A DNA stretch of 64,000 bases from Octopus sinensis (taxonomy: Eukaryota), in contig NC_043021.1 of the NCBI RefSeq assembly GCF_006345805.1, positions 12,834,001 through 12,898,000 of the forward strand, written 5' to 3'. The notes beneath the pieces were generated by a model, which saw only the letters and a program-made list of their open reading frames with translations, was not told the origin of the DNA and did not search any database. Numbering within the stretch: position 1 is the stretch's first letter; each line of letters begins with the position of its first letter. Shown piece after piece: positions 1 through 15,400 of this stretch. The position numbers and the translations under genes are program-made.

Positions 1-3000
1 AAGCAACTTCAATGCTTATGCATAAGTAGTTCAAATTCAGACAGAATTTGGTTTACAAAAAACTCATTATCAGAAACAACAAACTCCCATACAGCTTCTT
101 TTATGAAACTGTATGGAATGATAATTTTTAAAGAGGAAAGATAGCATTTCATATTCAATTATTTTCCTCGCCCGCTGCAAACAATAGAAAACATTTAAAC
201 TTACTTCTATAATTTTGCTAAATGCTTTAACTACAAAATCATAAAAAGGGTAAGTGTTTAAAAAGAATACATTCAATCTGACTATATATTTATTCTTAAC
301 TAACCCCCATTAAAATATAACTGAGAAATTTTTAAATAATTATTTGATTGTGAGATAGAAACATTACTTACAGACCAGAATTAAAGCAAAAACTAAAAAG
401 TCACGTGATGTTTTTTTTTTTTAATATTATGTATGTAATAAATTGGGGAAACTGCCAACCTCCATCAATATTTGCAAATGGCAAACCCTTACACTAAACC
501 ACAGGAATATTAAGGAAATGTATCCTAGTTACATGTTATTAAACCAATAAGAAACCGAGTTTTATTTTTAAATACTAACTTTTAAGAATCTTTAAATATT
601 TCTAAAATTTTAAAGTTTCAAATAAAAGAAATAATGAATTTTAAAGGCTGGATAAAGTGGGACCTTATGATTTAAGTATATGGGTTTAAGTAAGTCTCAA
701 GGGGTTTTTTTTAACGTAAAAGAGAGCAATTTAAGATTGTTATAACAAATAGTGCGTGAAAGAAAGCATGATCTTATTGGTACAACTAGTTTTCAAAAAC
801 TGAAATCAAATTGAAGACTCAAATGTTTAAGAATGATTAGCAAATAAAGTTCTAAGAAATTATCCATCTTGAATAACTTCGTAAATGTTAAGTAAAGAAA
901 AAAAAATCAGAAAATAGAATTTTTTTTTTTTTTTCTTAATGAACTAACATTATTCCTCAATTTAAGAAATTTACTGCCAGTAATACTAATTTCAATATTT
1001 CCTGATGATTCTCCTAAAATATATCCTAACTTATACTTTAAGACTTGTGTTCTTTGAAGATTTCTAATTACTAAATAATTAACAGTTTATCTTATTTTAA
1101 TGGCTTGCCCTACATTTTAAAAAATTTTTATTCAAAGATATAGGCAATAACAAATAGTCAATTCAATGAAATAAAACTTACAGAGCTTTCTTTGCCTTCG
1201 TTCTTTAACTTAAAATTCAATATGAAAGAAAAACATTAGATAAACATTTTGAACATAACATTATGTCATGCTAAAAATATACATTTCGGATAGAAATGAA
1301 CAAAATTTCAATGGCATATTTTAAAAAAAATATATAAAGGTAATATGAAATAGCAAATCTTAAATTGGCTTTTAAATATGAAAATTCATATTTGCATGAA
1401 TTCATATGATCTTAGCACTTTGATGTGCCAATATATTTAGTCTATTGCACGGAAACTAATTTTTTTTAAATGATATCAGAGGATATATAGTGTGTATATG
1501 CATGGTTCCAGTATCTACGTAGGTTTGCTTCAAGTGGATGAGAAAAATGAACGTACTAATTATTGGTATAAATGAATAATATATATTACTGGCAAGCCAA
1601 AAATGCAAAGCACAAAATCTTAATAATCATAACCAGAAATATGCTAGCCTAAGATAATTGCTCCCTAGAATGGCTATTCATTTCATCTATAAACTAGTAA
1701 AACTGTCAAAACAACCTATGGTATTATAACAATGTAGAAATTATTGTTCACACTGTGTGCATACATTGTAGCCAAAGTAAAACAAAAAATTGTTTAGATT
1801 GAACTATCTCCATGGATACCAGAAATATAATTTCAAAGTACTTTTACTATTAAACCTGCATTGTAATATTTTTTTTCTTTACAAACACCAAGAATCATCA
1901 GTTATTTTAAGCCACACCTCATTTTCATACATCCTTGTAGTTAACAGTGAAATAGTTGCTTCTTAAAATTTTAGAGATTTGAAAAGGATAAAAATTGAAG
2001 AAAACGAATATTCAAACCTTACCAAGATAAAAAAACGTTTGAACAAAACTGGAAATAAGATGAGAAAATTTAATAATAAAAACTAAGATCATTAGTATTC
2101 TCTTCACAAGATAAATTGAAAACAACACAGAACATTGAAACTATGATACAAACTATCTTCCGGATTCAAATGACAATACCAATGTCTTTCCAAACAGACT
2201 ATTAAATGCATATAAAATAAAAATATTTTGCAACTTGAGTATAATGTAGCTATCAGGAAAGAAAACCCTACAACTTTGAAACAAGATTATAGAGGAAACT
2301 GTAATCTTGTTGAAACGACAAACATAAATCCAAGTTATGAACAGTATATAAAATACATCTGTATCTTATGTACTGCAAAGAAATTCCATATACAAGGCTA
2401 TCTCCATTGAATTCTCTATGAGGAGGGGAAATGTCAGTAGGAGAAGATGAAAGATAAAAACACAGACATCACGAGAAAACTGAAATGAAATCAAAAACAA
2501 AAGTCCTTAACTGTTCCAGAATTAACGAAACATTTTGTGAAATCAATTAACATGTATTAAAAGTTATCATGCCCAAAATGATCTTCAATAAAAGCACGAT
2601 ATATATGTATACGTACTTATTAAAACAGATTTGCGTTATTTGAGTCATTGTCAACCAGTCAACACCATTCTACAGTGAATCAATTTGTAAATTTTTTATA
2701 TTCCACTATTTATAAAAGTGTGCAATAAAGTGTGCGTGCATGTATGCTGTGTTTATTTATATACATATATATTTGGAGCTTGGTCAATATAATTTTAATT
2801 ATAAATATTATTTTGTATTCAGGAAAAGAGCTTAATTTCTTTGGTAATAATTGATTGCTTATAATTATGAACTAGTCTATTAGGATTGCGGTTTGCTTAT
2901 TGTAAAGGTGAAAAAAAAATAGGAGAGCATAAGAGATGGTGAAAAACTTGTGGACACTTGTATGTGCAAATGTTAAAGAAATATGTAGAGAATAGAAATT

Positions 3001-3310
3001 AACTTATCACTGGAATGGAAGGGAAGTTTATCAAAGAAAAAAAAAACTGTATGATGGGAAAAAAGTTTTCTGTACTGGTTGAAATTATTGATAGATGGAA
3101 AAAAAAAATGCCTGGTAATTGAAAATTCCTGAAGCATCAACAAGCAATGGGTGGATGGATAGCCTTACTAGATGAGAATCCATCAGCAGTGCTATGGACA
3201 GAATGATTTGGGCAGCAGCAGTGGTGGCAGTGGCAGCAGCTGCAGCAACGGTGGCGGCGGCAGCGGCAGCAGCAGCAATAATCAACAAAAACATTAGTAG
3301 CGTGACACTA

Positions 3311-3595
<285 letters not shown>

Positions 3596-5395
3596 CTACA
3601 TGACAGACAGAAACAGACCGCAGGTGACAATCAGTGCAGTGTCAGTCAAGCCGTTTAGAGGATAGTAAGTAAGTAGTAGTAGTACAGCAGCAGTGGTGGT
3701 GGTGGTGGTGGTTGGATGTTGGTGGTGGTTAGATTGGTATTGGTGCAGTGAGCCCTTCTGTTTTCAATGGTGCACATGTACGTATGTCTGCATGTACTCT
3801 ATACATGCATCCATACAAACACATACACCTTTCAAAATTTGAACATCCACCAAAACCAATTTATTCTAAGAGCCAGAACTTAGTATTCAATGGCCAAAAG
3901 TTCAAACTGCGCAATCTCCCCACTATGGGCCACTAGTCTACCAAACGAAAAAACCTAATCAAAAATCAACACTACCCTCTAGGAAATATATTATACAACT
4001 AGTACATATATTCACACTTCTGTCACACAAATTGCTGGGAGTGGGGTTGGAGGGGGTGCTCATTTGTTTTATTGTAGTGTGAATAACAAAATTTATTTTT
4101 TCTGTTTGGTGAATTAAGCCTTCACTGTGAATAACCAGCTTTTGAATTTTCGAGCCATTATAACAATACAAATGCTCGTGGGAGTGATTATGATGTTGTT
4201 GGGTTGAAGTATTTCCCACCAGTTATTCAATAGAAAACAACTCCCAGAAAAACCAGAGCTAAATAACACAGTTTTGCAGCTAGAGGAACATGTACATGGT
4301 CGGTAAAATACATTTCAGCTGCCATCAAAGACAATCTGCAGGCATTTCTTTCTCGTTGTTATTATTTGAAACCGAATTCAGTATATACAGAGCCAAATGA
4401 TAAACGAATCCATTACATTTTACTACATTCTTAACAACTCTGTATGAATTCCTTTGTGTGACATAACAACAGTATTGACAGATAATGAAGAAAACAGACT
4501 AAAGAAACTAAGCATCAGGCTTAAGCAATGAGAAAGAAATGCATAAAGACCATGGAAAGCTTACACACTGATACACCATATTAACTTATACCAAATAACA
4601 AAAAGAGAAATAAAAAGACAGACAAGTAAAAGAAGAAAAGAAAGGACATTTAGGGAGCAAGGTTCTCTGGATTGTTTTTTTTAATTTTCAGCATAAACTG
4701 TAAAAGTTTGTAAAATTATCAGTTTCTGATATTTAAAAGATTATGCTGTAAAATTCAGAAACTCTCAGCTTCAACTATATTTAACAATAAGAGGGATGTG
4801 AGCTCTACTAATTCTATGCCTGGCTCACTGCATCCATTTACCAATGTATATTATTGCAGTATTTAAGTATCAATTCACTTCTGTGTATATGTGTGTAATA
4901 CATACATATACACAGACAAAAGTTAAACTACTTTCAAAAAATTCTCTTCAGCTGGCTACTCTAACATGCAGTCAATATAACCAAACAGCACACGAAATTT
5001 GACTACATTTTGAAGAACAAAGTTCTTAAAGACATAAGCAAATATATATTGCTCCAAAGTTTAGGAAGTTATCAATTTATCTTTCATAGGATCTTGAGTA
5101 GCCAGCAATTCAAAAGAATAAATACAATTTCATATTGTTCACAGTAGAGTTATAAAACATTACTATTAATCCACCACCAGCTGTTTTCCACCATTTCTAA
5201 TCCCAGTGCAAAAAAAAAAGAAAGAAAATAGAAAAAAATGGATAAATTGAAAATATCCAAATTTCAACATATCTGCCTATGTTTGATGAGTATATGTATA
5301 GAAAGATTGAGATACATACATATATATGTGACTGACTTCATATACATATATATATATCAATGTTATTTTGTAGATAAAAGAAAAAGTTATTGAAA

Positions 5396-5426
<31 letters not shown>

Positions 5427-6045
5427 GAGGTAAAAATGAAGAAAAGAAAATCTAGAAAAAGATTTTTAAAATGAAAGATGAAAAAAAAGGAGAAAAAAGA
5501 AAAATATGCAACCGCCTGACCTACTGCAGTTGAAACCATCTAAAATCAAGCTGAACATACGGCTATCTCTAGGTCAAAATATTTGGGAGGAATAATAGAG
5601 AGCAAAAATATTAGATGACAATAGATGGACATTAAAAATACAATTAAATGGTTGAATTTCTGAGAGAACAGTGCGCTTTGGAATATCTAATATTAAGTGC
5701 ATAAGACCTAACCTTAATAGAACCAACTTCCAAAATAGCATTAATTCCTACTTTCTATAGATTACACAGAATAAGGAACAAGAAGGAAATATCTCTACGC
5801 TGGCCCTGGTATATATCAGGATGGAAACTTGATTTACAATAGACTTGGAGGTTGAGAGGCATTTTACTGAAGATGAATTACAAAAGCCACAAGGATACAT
5901 CACACACTCTCACATACAGACACACACTATATATAAATATCATTTTACATAGCTTCATATATATATATATACACATTATATATATATACACATTATATAC
6001 ATATATATATGCATGTATATATACATACTAAATCATATGTGTGTC

Positions 6046-6105
<60 letters not shown>

Positions 6106-9100
6106 TACTATATTATATATGTATATATACATAGTATATTATGTATATATATACATACATATATATTCACACACATTATAGATAGATATACATATAAAGC
6201 TTGAAATTTGTGAAGTTAAGCCAATTACAATTGCTTTTTCTGTTACCACAATAAAAGTAATTCATAGAACTAGAAATAAATATCTACTGAAGCAAATTTT
6301 AAAAGCAAAAATTTATTAATGTAGCAAATGCAAAGTTAGATTTAGTGGAAAGGAAGACTACTTCCGTTAGCTCTAAAGATAAAAGAATATTAAATAAAAG
6401 AAAGAAAAAAAGGAAGAGAAACAACTATGTCTCCACTTTAATCTTATCTTCATTTAGCATGCAAACCTAAAGCAACCTTCCGAACAATCAGGAGTTTTGT
6501 TTCACTTGAATGCAGCTTACAAAGACAATATTACACACAAGAAATAAGACACACTACAGTCCTATTGATAAATAGTAATACTTATAAATGGTTAGGAAGA
6601 TTTGTTTTGTTGCTTGGTGTTGAGCTTTCTTTTGCTTTAAACCTATAAGATAGCTTCACCAGAGAGAAGATCAAGACTTTTTGAAAATAATGCCTCTTTC
6701 ACCCAATAAATATACATTCACAAACACTTATGAGTAAGTAGCCTTATAAAATCAAAACAATAAATTTCCAGAATAACCAAAAAACAGGAATAAGGACTGA
6801 GCTAAATTTAATTATCCAAAGACAATGTAGATCATGAGTCCCTTAGAAAAAAGGGGAGTAAAAGTAATGTTCTCAAGTAATATTTGAAGCATAAAGTTAT
6901 TTAAAAAGATAAAAAGGGAAACAGGGAAACAATTTCTGAAAGACATAGGGTGTTCAGGCTAATCTGATTTTGACAAATCTAAGGAAAAAGAGAAAAATTA
7001 CAATTAATATAAACTTCCCAAGTATTTCAAATCAATTTCTTAACCTATTTTCCTAAAATTTTGCACATAATGCAAGAAGATTTAATATTTAACAATGACT
7101 ATTATACACAAGTATACACACATGCACACATATATATACTTAAACTTGACAAAAAATCTAAGGGAACTGTGATTACCAAACTAATCTGAATATATGAGGA
7201 AAAAAATAACCACAAATATCTTACTGTTTTTAGAATTGGGATGTTACTAGAACTTCTTAATTCCAAGTTATCTCTAAACCAAAATAATTCCAATAAACCC
7301 ACAACTGAGCAGACAAATTCAAAGAGACAATGAAAACAGCCAATGATAAAATTATAAACTGATATAACTTCAGCTGTTGTAAGCAGTGGTTAAAGTCTAT
7401 ATTAGATGATTGAATAAAAAGAAAGATGTCTTAGAAATCACCAAAACTTGTATGAAGAAGAGAAAGGAAGAGAGAGAAAGAGAGATAAGGGGGGGAAAGA
7501 TGGAACATAACATAAGCCAGTCGATTCCCAAGTCAGGGCACTATAAAACTATTTCACATTATTATTATCTAAAAGATAACATTTCAATTGAAACTTGAAA
7601 AGTAGAAATAAGAAATATGCAAATCCAGGGATGACATTAAATGGAAACCTTAGTAATCTCAAGTTATTAAAAAAAATTAAAATCAATAATAAGCATTTAT
7701 TAAAATTCGAAATGAAGGTGACACTAATACAAAACAAGGCAAATAATAAAAACATTCTAAACAGAAGGGAATTAATGTAGAAAAGAGTAAATAGAGAAGA
7801 GAAGTTGTGTAGTAGTGATGAAAAAATAAAATCAATGCCTGTGCAAAATCAAGCACACACATGTGCAAAATCAGAAAAGACATAACAAAAAAGCTGAGAG
7901 AGGGAGAGAGAAAGATAAAGAGAAATAGAAAAGACAGAGAGAAACTGAATGTCACATCTGCACCTGAACACATCATTTTGGCAACATTCATGCAAATTAC
8001 TTAAGATAGAATAGCGCAACTGAACAAGAGCCGAATGCATTTGAGGAAGCACTGAAGGGAGGAGGGCAATGATAGCCGATAATGGGGCAGCTTGAAATTA
8101 GTAGTGCATCAGCAGTAGGTTTATCTGACAGTGTAATAACAACAATAACTACTGCACATCAAAATGGAAGGGAAAAACGTGTATAAATGAAACACTAAAT
8201 ATAAATATATACAAATATACATATATGTATATATATATATATATGTTGGCAAAATAACATAAGTATGAACAAATATATAAAAACATCTATTAGAAATAAA
8301 TGAGAAGGTGAGTGTCCAAGTGGGGATGAATTAGACATGTTTTGCTCTGCATTCAAAACCATTCAAGAATGCTCGTTAATAGGTATGACAGTAAGTAGCA
8401 GTAAGGCAAGTTAGTAATGAATAATTTTACTAGTAAATAGTTGGTAAGCTAGAAAGTTATTGGAAACATTTGGAGTTTACACCAAAATTCAGCTAGATGG
8501 AGTAAAAGGCAATTAAAACTAGGAATCTATCACATCATAGAACAAATACATTTTTTTTATATTGTTATAGAATAGTTTAAAATAAATATATCTTGATAGA
8601 AAATTATATATTACCTGACATCAACTATATTTCCTCTCTTTTTTTTAATGAAATAGAATTTTTTTTTTTTTTTTATCGCAAAGAAGCTTTACTTCTCACA
8701 ATCAAAATAGCGTAAACAAATATGGAAACAATATACAAAGCATGTCAAGTGTAAATGTATTTCTATTTAAAAAAAAAACTCCAATGTGTATGAAGTAATA
8801 ACTATACATAAAACTGATATTTGTAGTAACTGGCTGGGAGGCTGAAACCGGGAAATTTCACTGAGGTAAAATCATTATTTGAGTAGCATAAACCACATTA
8901 CAACAATAACTCAAATTCATTTACATTCTTTTCAGTTAATTCCTATACGGCCTGCCTGGTACGGTATATATTTTTCTGAGCAGTTTCAATTATTGTCCCA
9001 CTATACTAAAGCCATGAGTATATTTGTGCACTTGTTCTTTTAGGGAAAAAAAATAACTCTATGAAAGGTAAAATAAATTATCAAATGAAAGAGTCATTAA

Positions 9101-11827
9101 AATAAACAAAATGTTATATAATTGTAGTTAATCATCAAGAAGGAACAGGAAATAAAAAAATAAACTAATCTTTAAAAATTAGAAGATTTTTAGTTTAAAG
9201 AAATTAAATTATGATGCTGATAGTGCTCTCTCTAGTTCTGCCACATGAAATGGTTATTTTTCATGCTTGACAGAAATGGTCAAATAACGAAAGTAATAAT
9301 GGCATGTGAACAATTTTATACATAGTTTACTATATATATATATATATATATATAACATTTAGAGCACAGAGAAATGTTCGTGAGTAACAATAGCATGCTT
9401 TTGTTTAGCTGAAGAAATCAACTACTTTTATCAGCATCAACACCGCCACCACTGCAACCTTCAGTCAATAACATCCAGCTTGAATTATTGACTACATTTC
9501 AAACTGAAATAATAAGTCAGATGTCTTCTATGGTTAGTTAGCAACTGGAACTAAATAGAGAAATCTATTTCTGATAATGAAAAAAAGGTGTTTAAAATTG
9601 AAGAGGCTCTTGAGGGAGAGAAAAAAAAAAATCAAGTTAAAAAGTTAAGACTTGAATCTGTGAAGACCAAAATAATGTAGATTATTAGCCCCTTTCCCAC
9701 CATATAAATGTTATTGAATAAAATTTTATGAAAACGAAAAAAAAAAAAAAAGGAAAAAACTAAAACATGTTTTAGAATATCTTCTGTCTGATAGAATCAT
9801 TATGGTTGCTGGTGCTTCTACAAAGTCTGTGATGTGAAAACGCTAACCTACCATTAAAGGCCTAGTGAAATGGCATGTCAAAATGTTCCTGCATTATTTA
9901 GTCCAAACAACATGAAAAATGTCCAGGGCGAAAGTAAAAAAAAAAACAGCTTGATTTCAGCCTAATAACACCTCAATGAATAATACAACCAGAATGCATC
10001 AGTTATATGGAAATGAAATATAATAATCAAATTAGCAATATCGAATCTATACGAATCTCCATTTATATCTGAGAACCTATAAGAAGAAAAAAGGTGTCTG
10101 TTCAATGAATGAACCATGAGTCTCTCTCTCTCTAAAAGAAAAACAGTTCAGTTGTTTAAATACTCTGAAAAAGGAGAATCAACTCAACTGTCTACAGCAG
10201 TCATACAAAAATCATATAAGTTAAGGTATAATATTCTGGGACAACAATAGTGTGTAGCACCATTAACTATAATCCTCTGATATCATGATCAATTATTTTG
10301 CCATCAAATGTTGGGAAAGTGGTCAAAATGAATAACAAAAGACTTGACACAATTTGAAATTTTTTTCTGTTATAAAGATTCCAGTGTTTGTAAACTGGCC
10401 TTTTTCTTTTTAACCATTAAACTTTTTTTTCTTTTTAAATTTAGACAATTTAAGATTTTTAGCAAATCAAAGGTAAAAATCCAATGGATAAAAATAGCGA
10501 TGTAAAGGGAAAAAAAAAAAGAAAAAAGAAAAATGAAACGGACAAACAAAAGTTTATATATAACATATTCCAAGATAATGACAAAAGAAATAATTTCAAA
10601 TGGCAAAGCTACTAAAATATAATAACAGAAGTAAAAAGTTCTATGATGGGTGAAAGATTCCAAGTTAGTCACTTGCCTTTTAAAAAAATTGTTTCCATCA
10701 TGGTTTCTTTTAGCCATTTCATGAGATTACATACATACTTTAATATATATTTATATATAAAATCCATTTTAAAGCAATATATATATATATCAGATTAAAA
10801 TATATATTTTTATGTGCATACCAGTACTCAAAATTGATAAGTAAAATAATAAAATAAGTATTTTCTACCAGTATTATATAACTAGAAGTAATTGTGTATC
10901 AAGAAAATCCTTCCCTAGACAATGAAAAAAAAAATCTTATTGTAACATCTATTATGAAATGTCTAAAAGAAGCCAGCTGTAGTTGAATAATAAATAAATA
11001 TATCAGGTCATCCAATAAGTAATGTCCGAATTTTGAGTAAGAAAACATCATCATCTAATTTTACATTTTATTAAAATTTAACCCCGTGTATAATTCCCAT
11101 CCATTATCAATAACTTCCTTCCATCTACACATCAGTTTTTTAATTCCATTGGGGAAAAACTCATTTGATTTTGATGAGAAGAAGGAATGGAAGTCAGTTT
11201 CTACCTTTTTAGGGCTTTTGAGTATTAATCCATCTAAATGATTCTGTAATCTTTGATACAGATGGTAATCAGGAGAGAGTCCAAGGAATAAGGTGAGGGA
11301 TTTTTTTCCCCAGAAAAGTTCTTTTATTTTTTCTGAAGCTATGCAGTATGGGGCCTTGCATTACCATGATGAAACATCACTCCCTTATGATTCACCAAAA
11401 CTGGTCGTTTTTTTCTTCAAAGCAGCATCCAAATGCTCTAGTTGTTGGCAATAGGTGTGAACAGTAATTGTTGCTTTAGTTGGTAGCAGCTCAAAGTGGA
11501 CGACTCCAATGCAAACCCATCAAAAAGATAACCTTTTTTGCATGGAGATCCTTTTTGGGTTGTGGTTTAGCCTGTTCTCCACAACTAAGCCATTGCTTAA
11601 CATTTTCATTCAAAAATCAGCTTTTCATCACCAATCACTAATCTGTCCAAAAGTGGTGGGATTTGTTCATGAGAATGAAGAGATGAGCAGATGTCCACTC
11701 TTTTAGGTTGCCTTCTGTCAAAAAATGGGAACTCATTTTCTGAGTTTGAGTACCTTTCCAAGCAGTCGAAGATGGCGTTGAACAGTTGAATGGCATGGAT
11801 ATTTGCCAATTCTTCAACTGATACAGC

Positions 11828-12348
11828 TGTAGTGAGACAGGAAAGATTTGTTTTGTCACTGTGACTTAATTCAGTCTTGCTTTGGCTGACGTCAGTGAAT
11901 CAGAGCTGGCAGTGTAGTAATACAGGTAGGAACTTCCACACAGCAGTATTGCGCACCTTATTTTAAAGAGTTAAATTAGTTGCGGATTTGACAGCCATAG
12001 GGACACTATCAACTTTCCTATGAGACTGTTACAGCAATCATAATCAATGTGGCGCAACTCATTTAATTTTTTTATCAGATTTCCTTTTGCAGCTTATAAG
12101 CACCAAACTTAAATACATAGTAAGTCATGGGAAATTCATTTATGTCTCTCTACACACATCTCATTCTTCCACTTAACATTTACACACCAACCTACAAAGA
12201 ATAAATTACTATGCTTTATAAAAAAAACATGCCTTCTGACATTTATTTCTTCATTACATGTTATAATGCAACATTGTTATCTTCAAACACACTACATTCG
12301 AACACATTACAACTCTGAACCTGTTACACCAGGGACAAACACACTAAA
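11828..12348 (+). repeat. Gypsy 5' LTR (521 bp)
   Basis: Starts TGTAGTG, ends CACTAAA; direct repeat of 16338-16921. Confidence 0.9.
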
Positions 12349-12479
12349 TTGGTGACTTTCCAAATTGGAATATTTCTTTACTGTTTTGAAAACAGCTACC
12401 CATCTTGTTCACTCATCATCTTCATGCCAGAGCAAGACACACATGCCTCACCTCACTTTGATTTAATTTTACACACTTG

Positions 12480-15400
12480 CCGCTTTTAGTAAAGAATTTG
12501 ATCCCATTTTGTTTTAGATTTGTTTCATGAAAAATTCGAAATGCAAACAGGTCAAGTCACTGAGTATTAATATACTTTTTATTGCCATACTGGTGACGTC
12601 CTTTCTTTGAGGACTACGCTTGCCTGCTTTTATTAATTCAGACTACGTTTCTTAGGCAATATGACTCACTCTTTGTTACCAGCGTTCAGTGGTGATGTAA
12701 GAGTTCGGTTTGCACAGAGTCATACTTTGCAGCAAACAATATTACCTCAGAGAAGCAACAACTATCTATTTTACTAAGGGCCGTTCCTTCTTCTGGAGAA
12801 GTTCATCTTATAACTGACCCATCTAAGGAAGTGTCTTATTTTTTGATAAAGAATGTAGTTAACTGGACACCAACCCAGCTCCTTTGGAGGATGCAGGAGC
12901 ATAGAGGGATCATCTGAGGACAACTCTTAGTTTAAACAGTTTTTCTTCTCCCATTTGCCTTCAAAAGTGCAGGTCATTCTTACCCCTAAGATGGAGATCA
13001 GTTCAGCTGATAAAATATTAGAATACACTGGAAACAGAGTTACTGCTGTTTCTTCTCCTACAGTAGCAGCTATTTCTTCAGAACTAATTCAATGCAATCC
13101 ACGACTCTACAGGCTATGGTTGATGTTTGTAAGTAGTGGCTTTTGGACTGCACTACAGATTTTTCTATTTTGGGCCAGAATTTTAATACTCCATTCTTTA
13201 TTGCAGCGTCTGGAAACTTAAATCAGTCACTTTTAGACTCTTTCCCAGAGCTCACTAGCCGAAATTTTCAAGTGAGTAATCCTGCTCACTCTACAAAACA
13301 TTTCATTTCTATGAAATGGTACTCCTGTGTTTTCATGTCCTCTGGAGAAACTCAAGGTAGTCAAGGCCGAATTTGATCACATGCTGTAGCTCGGAATTAT
13401 CTGCCCTTCCACAAGCCAATTGGCCTCACCCCTGCACATGGTCTCCTAGGGCTTTGGCGATTGGAGATCTACAGGAGATTTTGGATGTCTTAATGCTATC
13501 ACCACTCCTGATAGGTATACGATTCCACTTCTCCAGGATTTTGCTTCCTCACTGCATGGATGTACTGTATTTTCCAAGCTCAACTGCTTGAGGGCTTATC
13601 ACATTCCGTTAACCCTGAGGACATTCCAAAGACAGCAGTAACAACCCCATTCAGCTCCTTTGAATTTTTGACCATGCCATTTGGCTATCACAATGCTGCC
13701 AGCACATTTAACTGGTTCATAGACGAAGTCATTTGTGGACTGGATGTTGTCTATGCATACATCGATGATCTCTTAATTGCCAGTTCTTCTGTTGAAAAAC
13801 ATGTTCAATATTCAAAGCTACTGTTCCAGTGCCTTTCAGATGCAGATTAACCCTACTAAATATGTTTTTGGCACATCCACTCGTGTTTCTTGGTCATATT
13901 GACAAAGAGGGGTATTCAACCTCTTCCTGAAAAAGTGCTGGTTACTAAGGACCTTCTTCCTCCTCCTCCTGCTGCTCCTTCCCTTTGCCAGCTTCACCAT
14001 TTCCTTGGATTACTGCATTTTTAAAGATGTTTCATTCCTGACTGTGCTGGACTTCTGTCTCTTCTTACTGAGCTCTTAAAGAATCATTATGAATGAGTCA
14101 ATTACATTGACTCCGGCCCAGGTGGAAGCTTTTAATACTGTGAATCATGAACTTGCTACAGTGTCTCTCCTCGCGTACCCTGTCTCTCATGCAAAGCTTT
14201 TTGCTTGTGGTTGATGCATTGGACACAGCAAGTGGTACCATTATACAACAGCTTCATCAAGGACTTCAAGCTCTTGCGTTTTCCTCTCAGCAGCTGAAAC
14301 CTGTTGAAACACGATACAGCACTTTTGGTCCCAAATTATTTGCGATCTACCTTTCGGTGAAATATTTCCAGCATTTCCTCAAAGGGAGGAACTTTATTAT
14401 CTATACTGATCTTAAGCCTCTTAATTCTGCTTTGCCGTCTGAGCCTGAGAAGTATCCACCAAGGGAGACTAGACACCTGGATTTCATATCTCAATTTACC
14501 AATGATATCCAACACATCTCCAGAGCTCAACCTGACTGCTTTGTCCTCAGATCAAACTCCTCTGGACTCACTTGACACACCTTCTGAATTTGCAACGTGC
14601 GAATTCAAGTACCTGCCCCTACCAACTGCTGACATGCAGATCTTGTGACGTGGCAATGGATTTGCCTCATCCTTTCATCCTAGGGACCCACTGTCGAGCT
14701 GTAGTCGAAGCTTTGCAGTCTTTCTCACTGGAGTCTCAGCCTCAGTAAAGCTCATAATGGCTAGATACTTCTGGCCAAATATGAGACGTGACATTACTGA
14801 ATGGACCTGATGTTGCCTCCAGTGCCAGAAGTCAATGGTGCATAAGCACATCCATACCCCTCTCGGCACTTTTAGTACTCCTGATGTATGTATTCACCAC
14901 ATTCATATTGATCTCGTGGGACCCTGGCCTGTCAGTCATGGATTTTCATGTATCTTGACCTACATTGACCATTTCACCCGATGGCCTAAAGCCATTCAGC
15001 TAAGTGATATTTCTGCTGAATCTGTAACATGAGCTTTGGTATCAGGATGGATATCACGTTACAGTGTTCCCACCACCATTACTACAGACTGGTAGACAAT
15101 TCAAATCTCACCTGTTTTCAGAGCTAACAAAAATCATCAGTGCTCAACGGTTCCAGACTACCAGATATCATCCTGCATCTAAGGGAATGGTGGAGCACTT
15201 TCACCACCAGTTGAAAGCCAAGTTTCATGCCTATCCTGATACTCAAATCCAGAGTAAGTACCTCTCCACAGTACTTCTCGGCATCCGGACTTCATTTTAG
15301 GAGGACCTTGAATCCTCCCCAGCTGAGCTTTTGTATGGTGCTCCTTTGTCTTTGCAACCGGATGCCTACCCAACTCCTTTGGAGAATGCAGATGCTTGTC

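Noticed and set aside
1-3080. Chromodomain exon expected after PHD2
   Set aside because: No KVQKIL.W.W-like frame with splice sites was found, so this is treated as intron 9.
8030-8130. Frame reading DALLISSCPIIGYHCPPPF as a degenerate duplicate PHD2 exon
   Set aside because: Most zinc ligands are missing, it is not in phase 0 from the nearby acceptors, and nucleotide similarity is at chance level.
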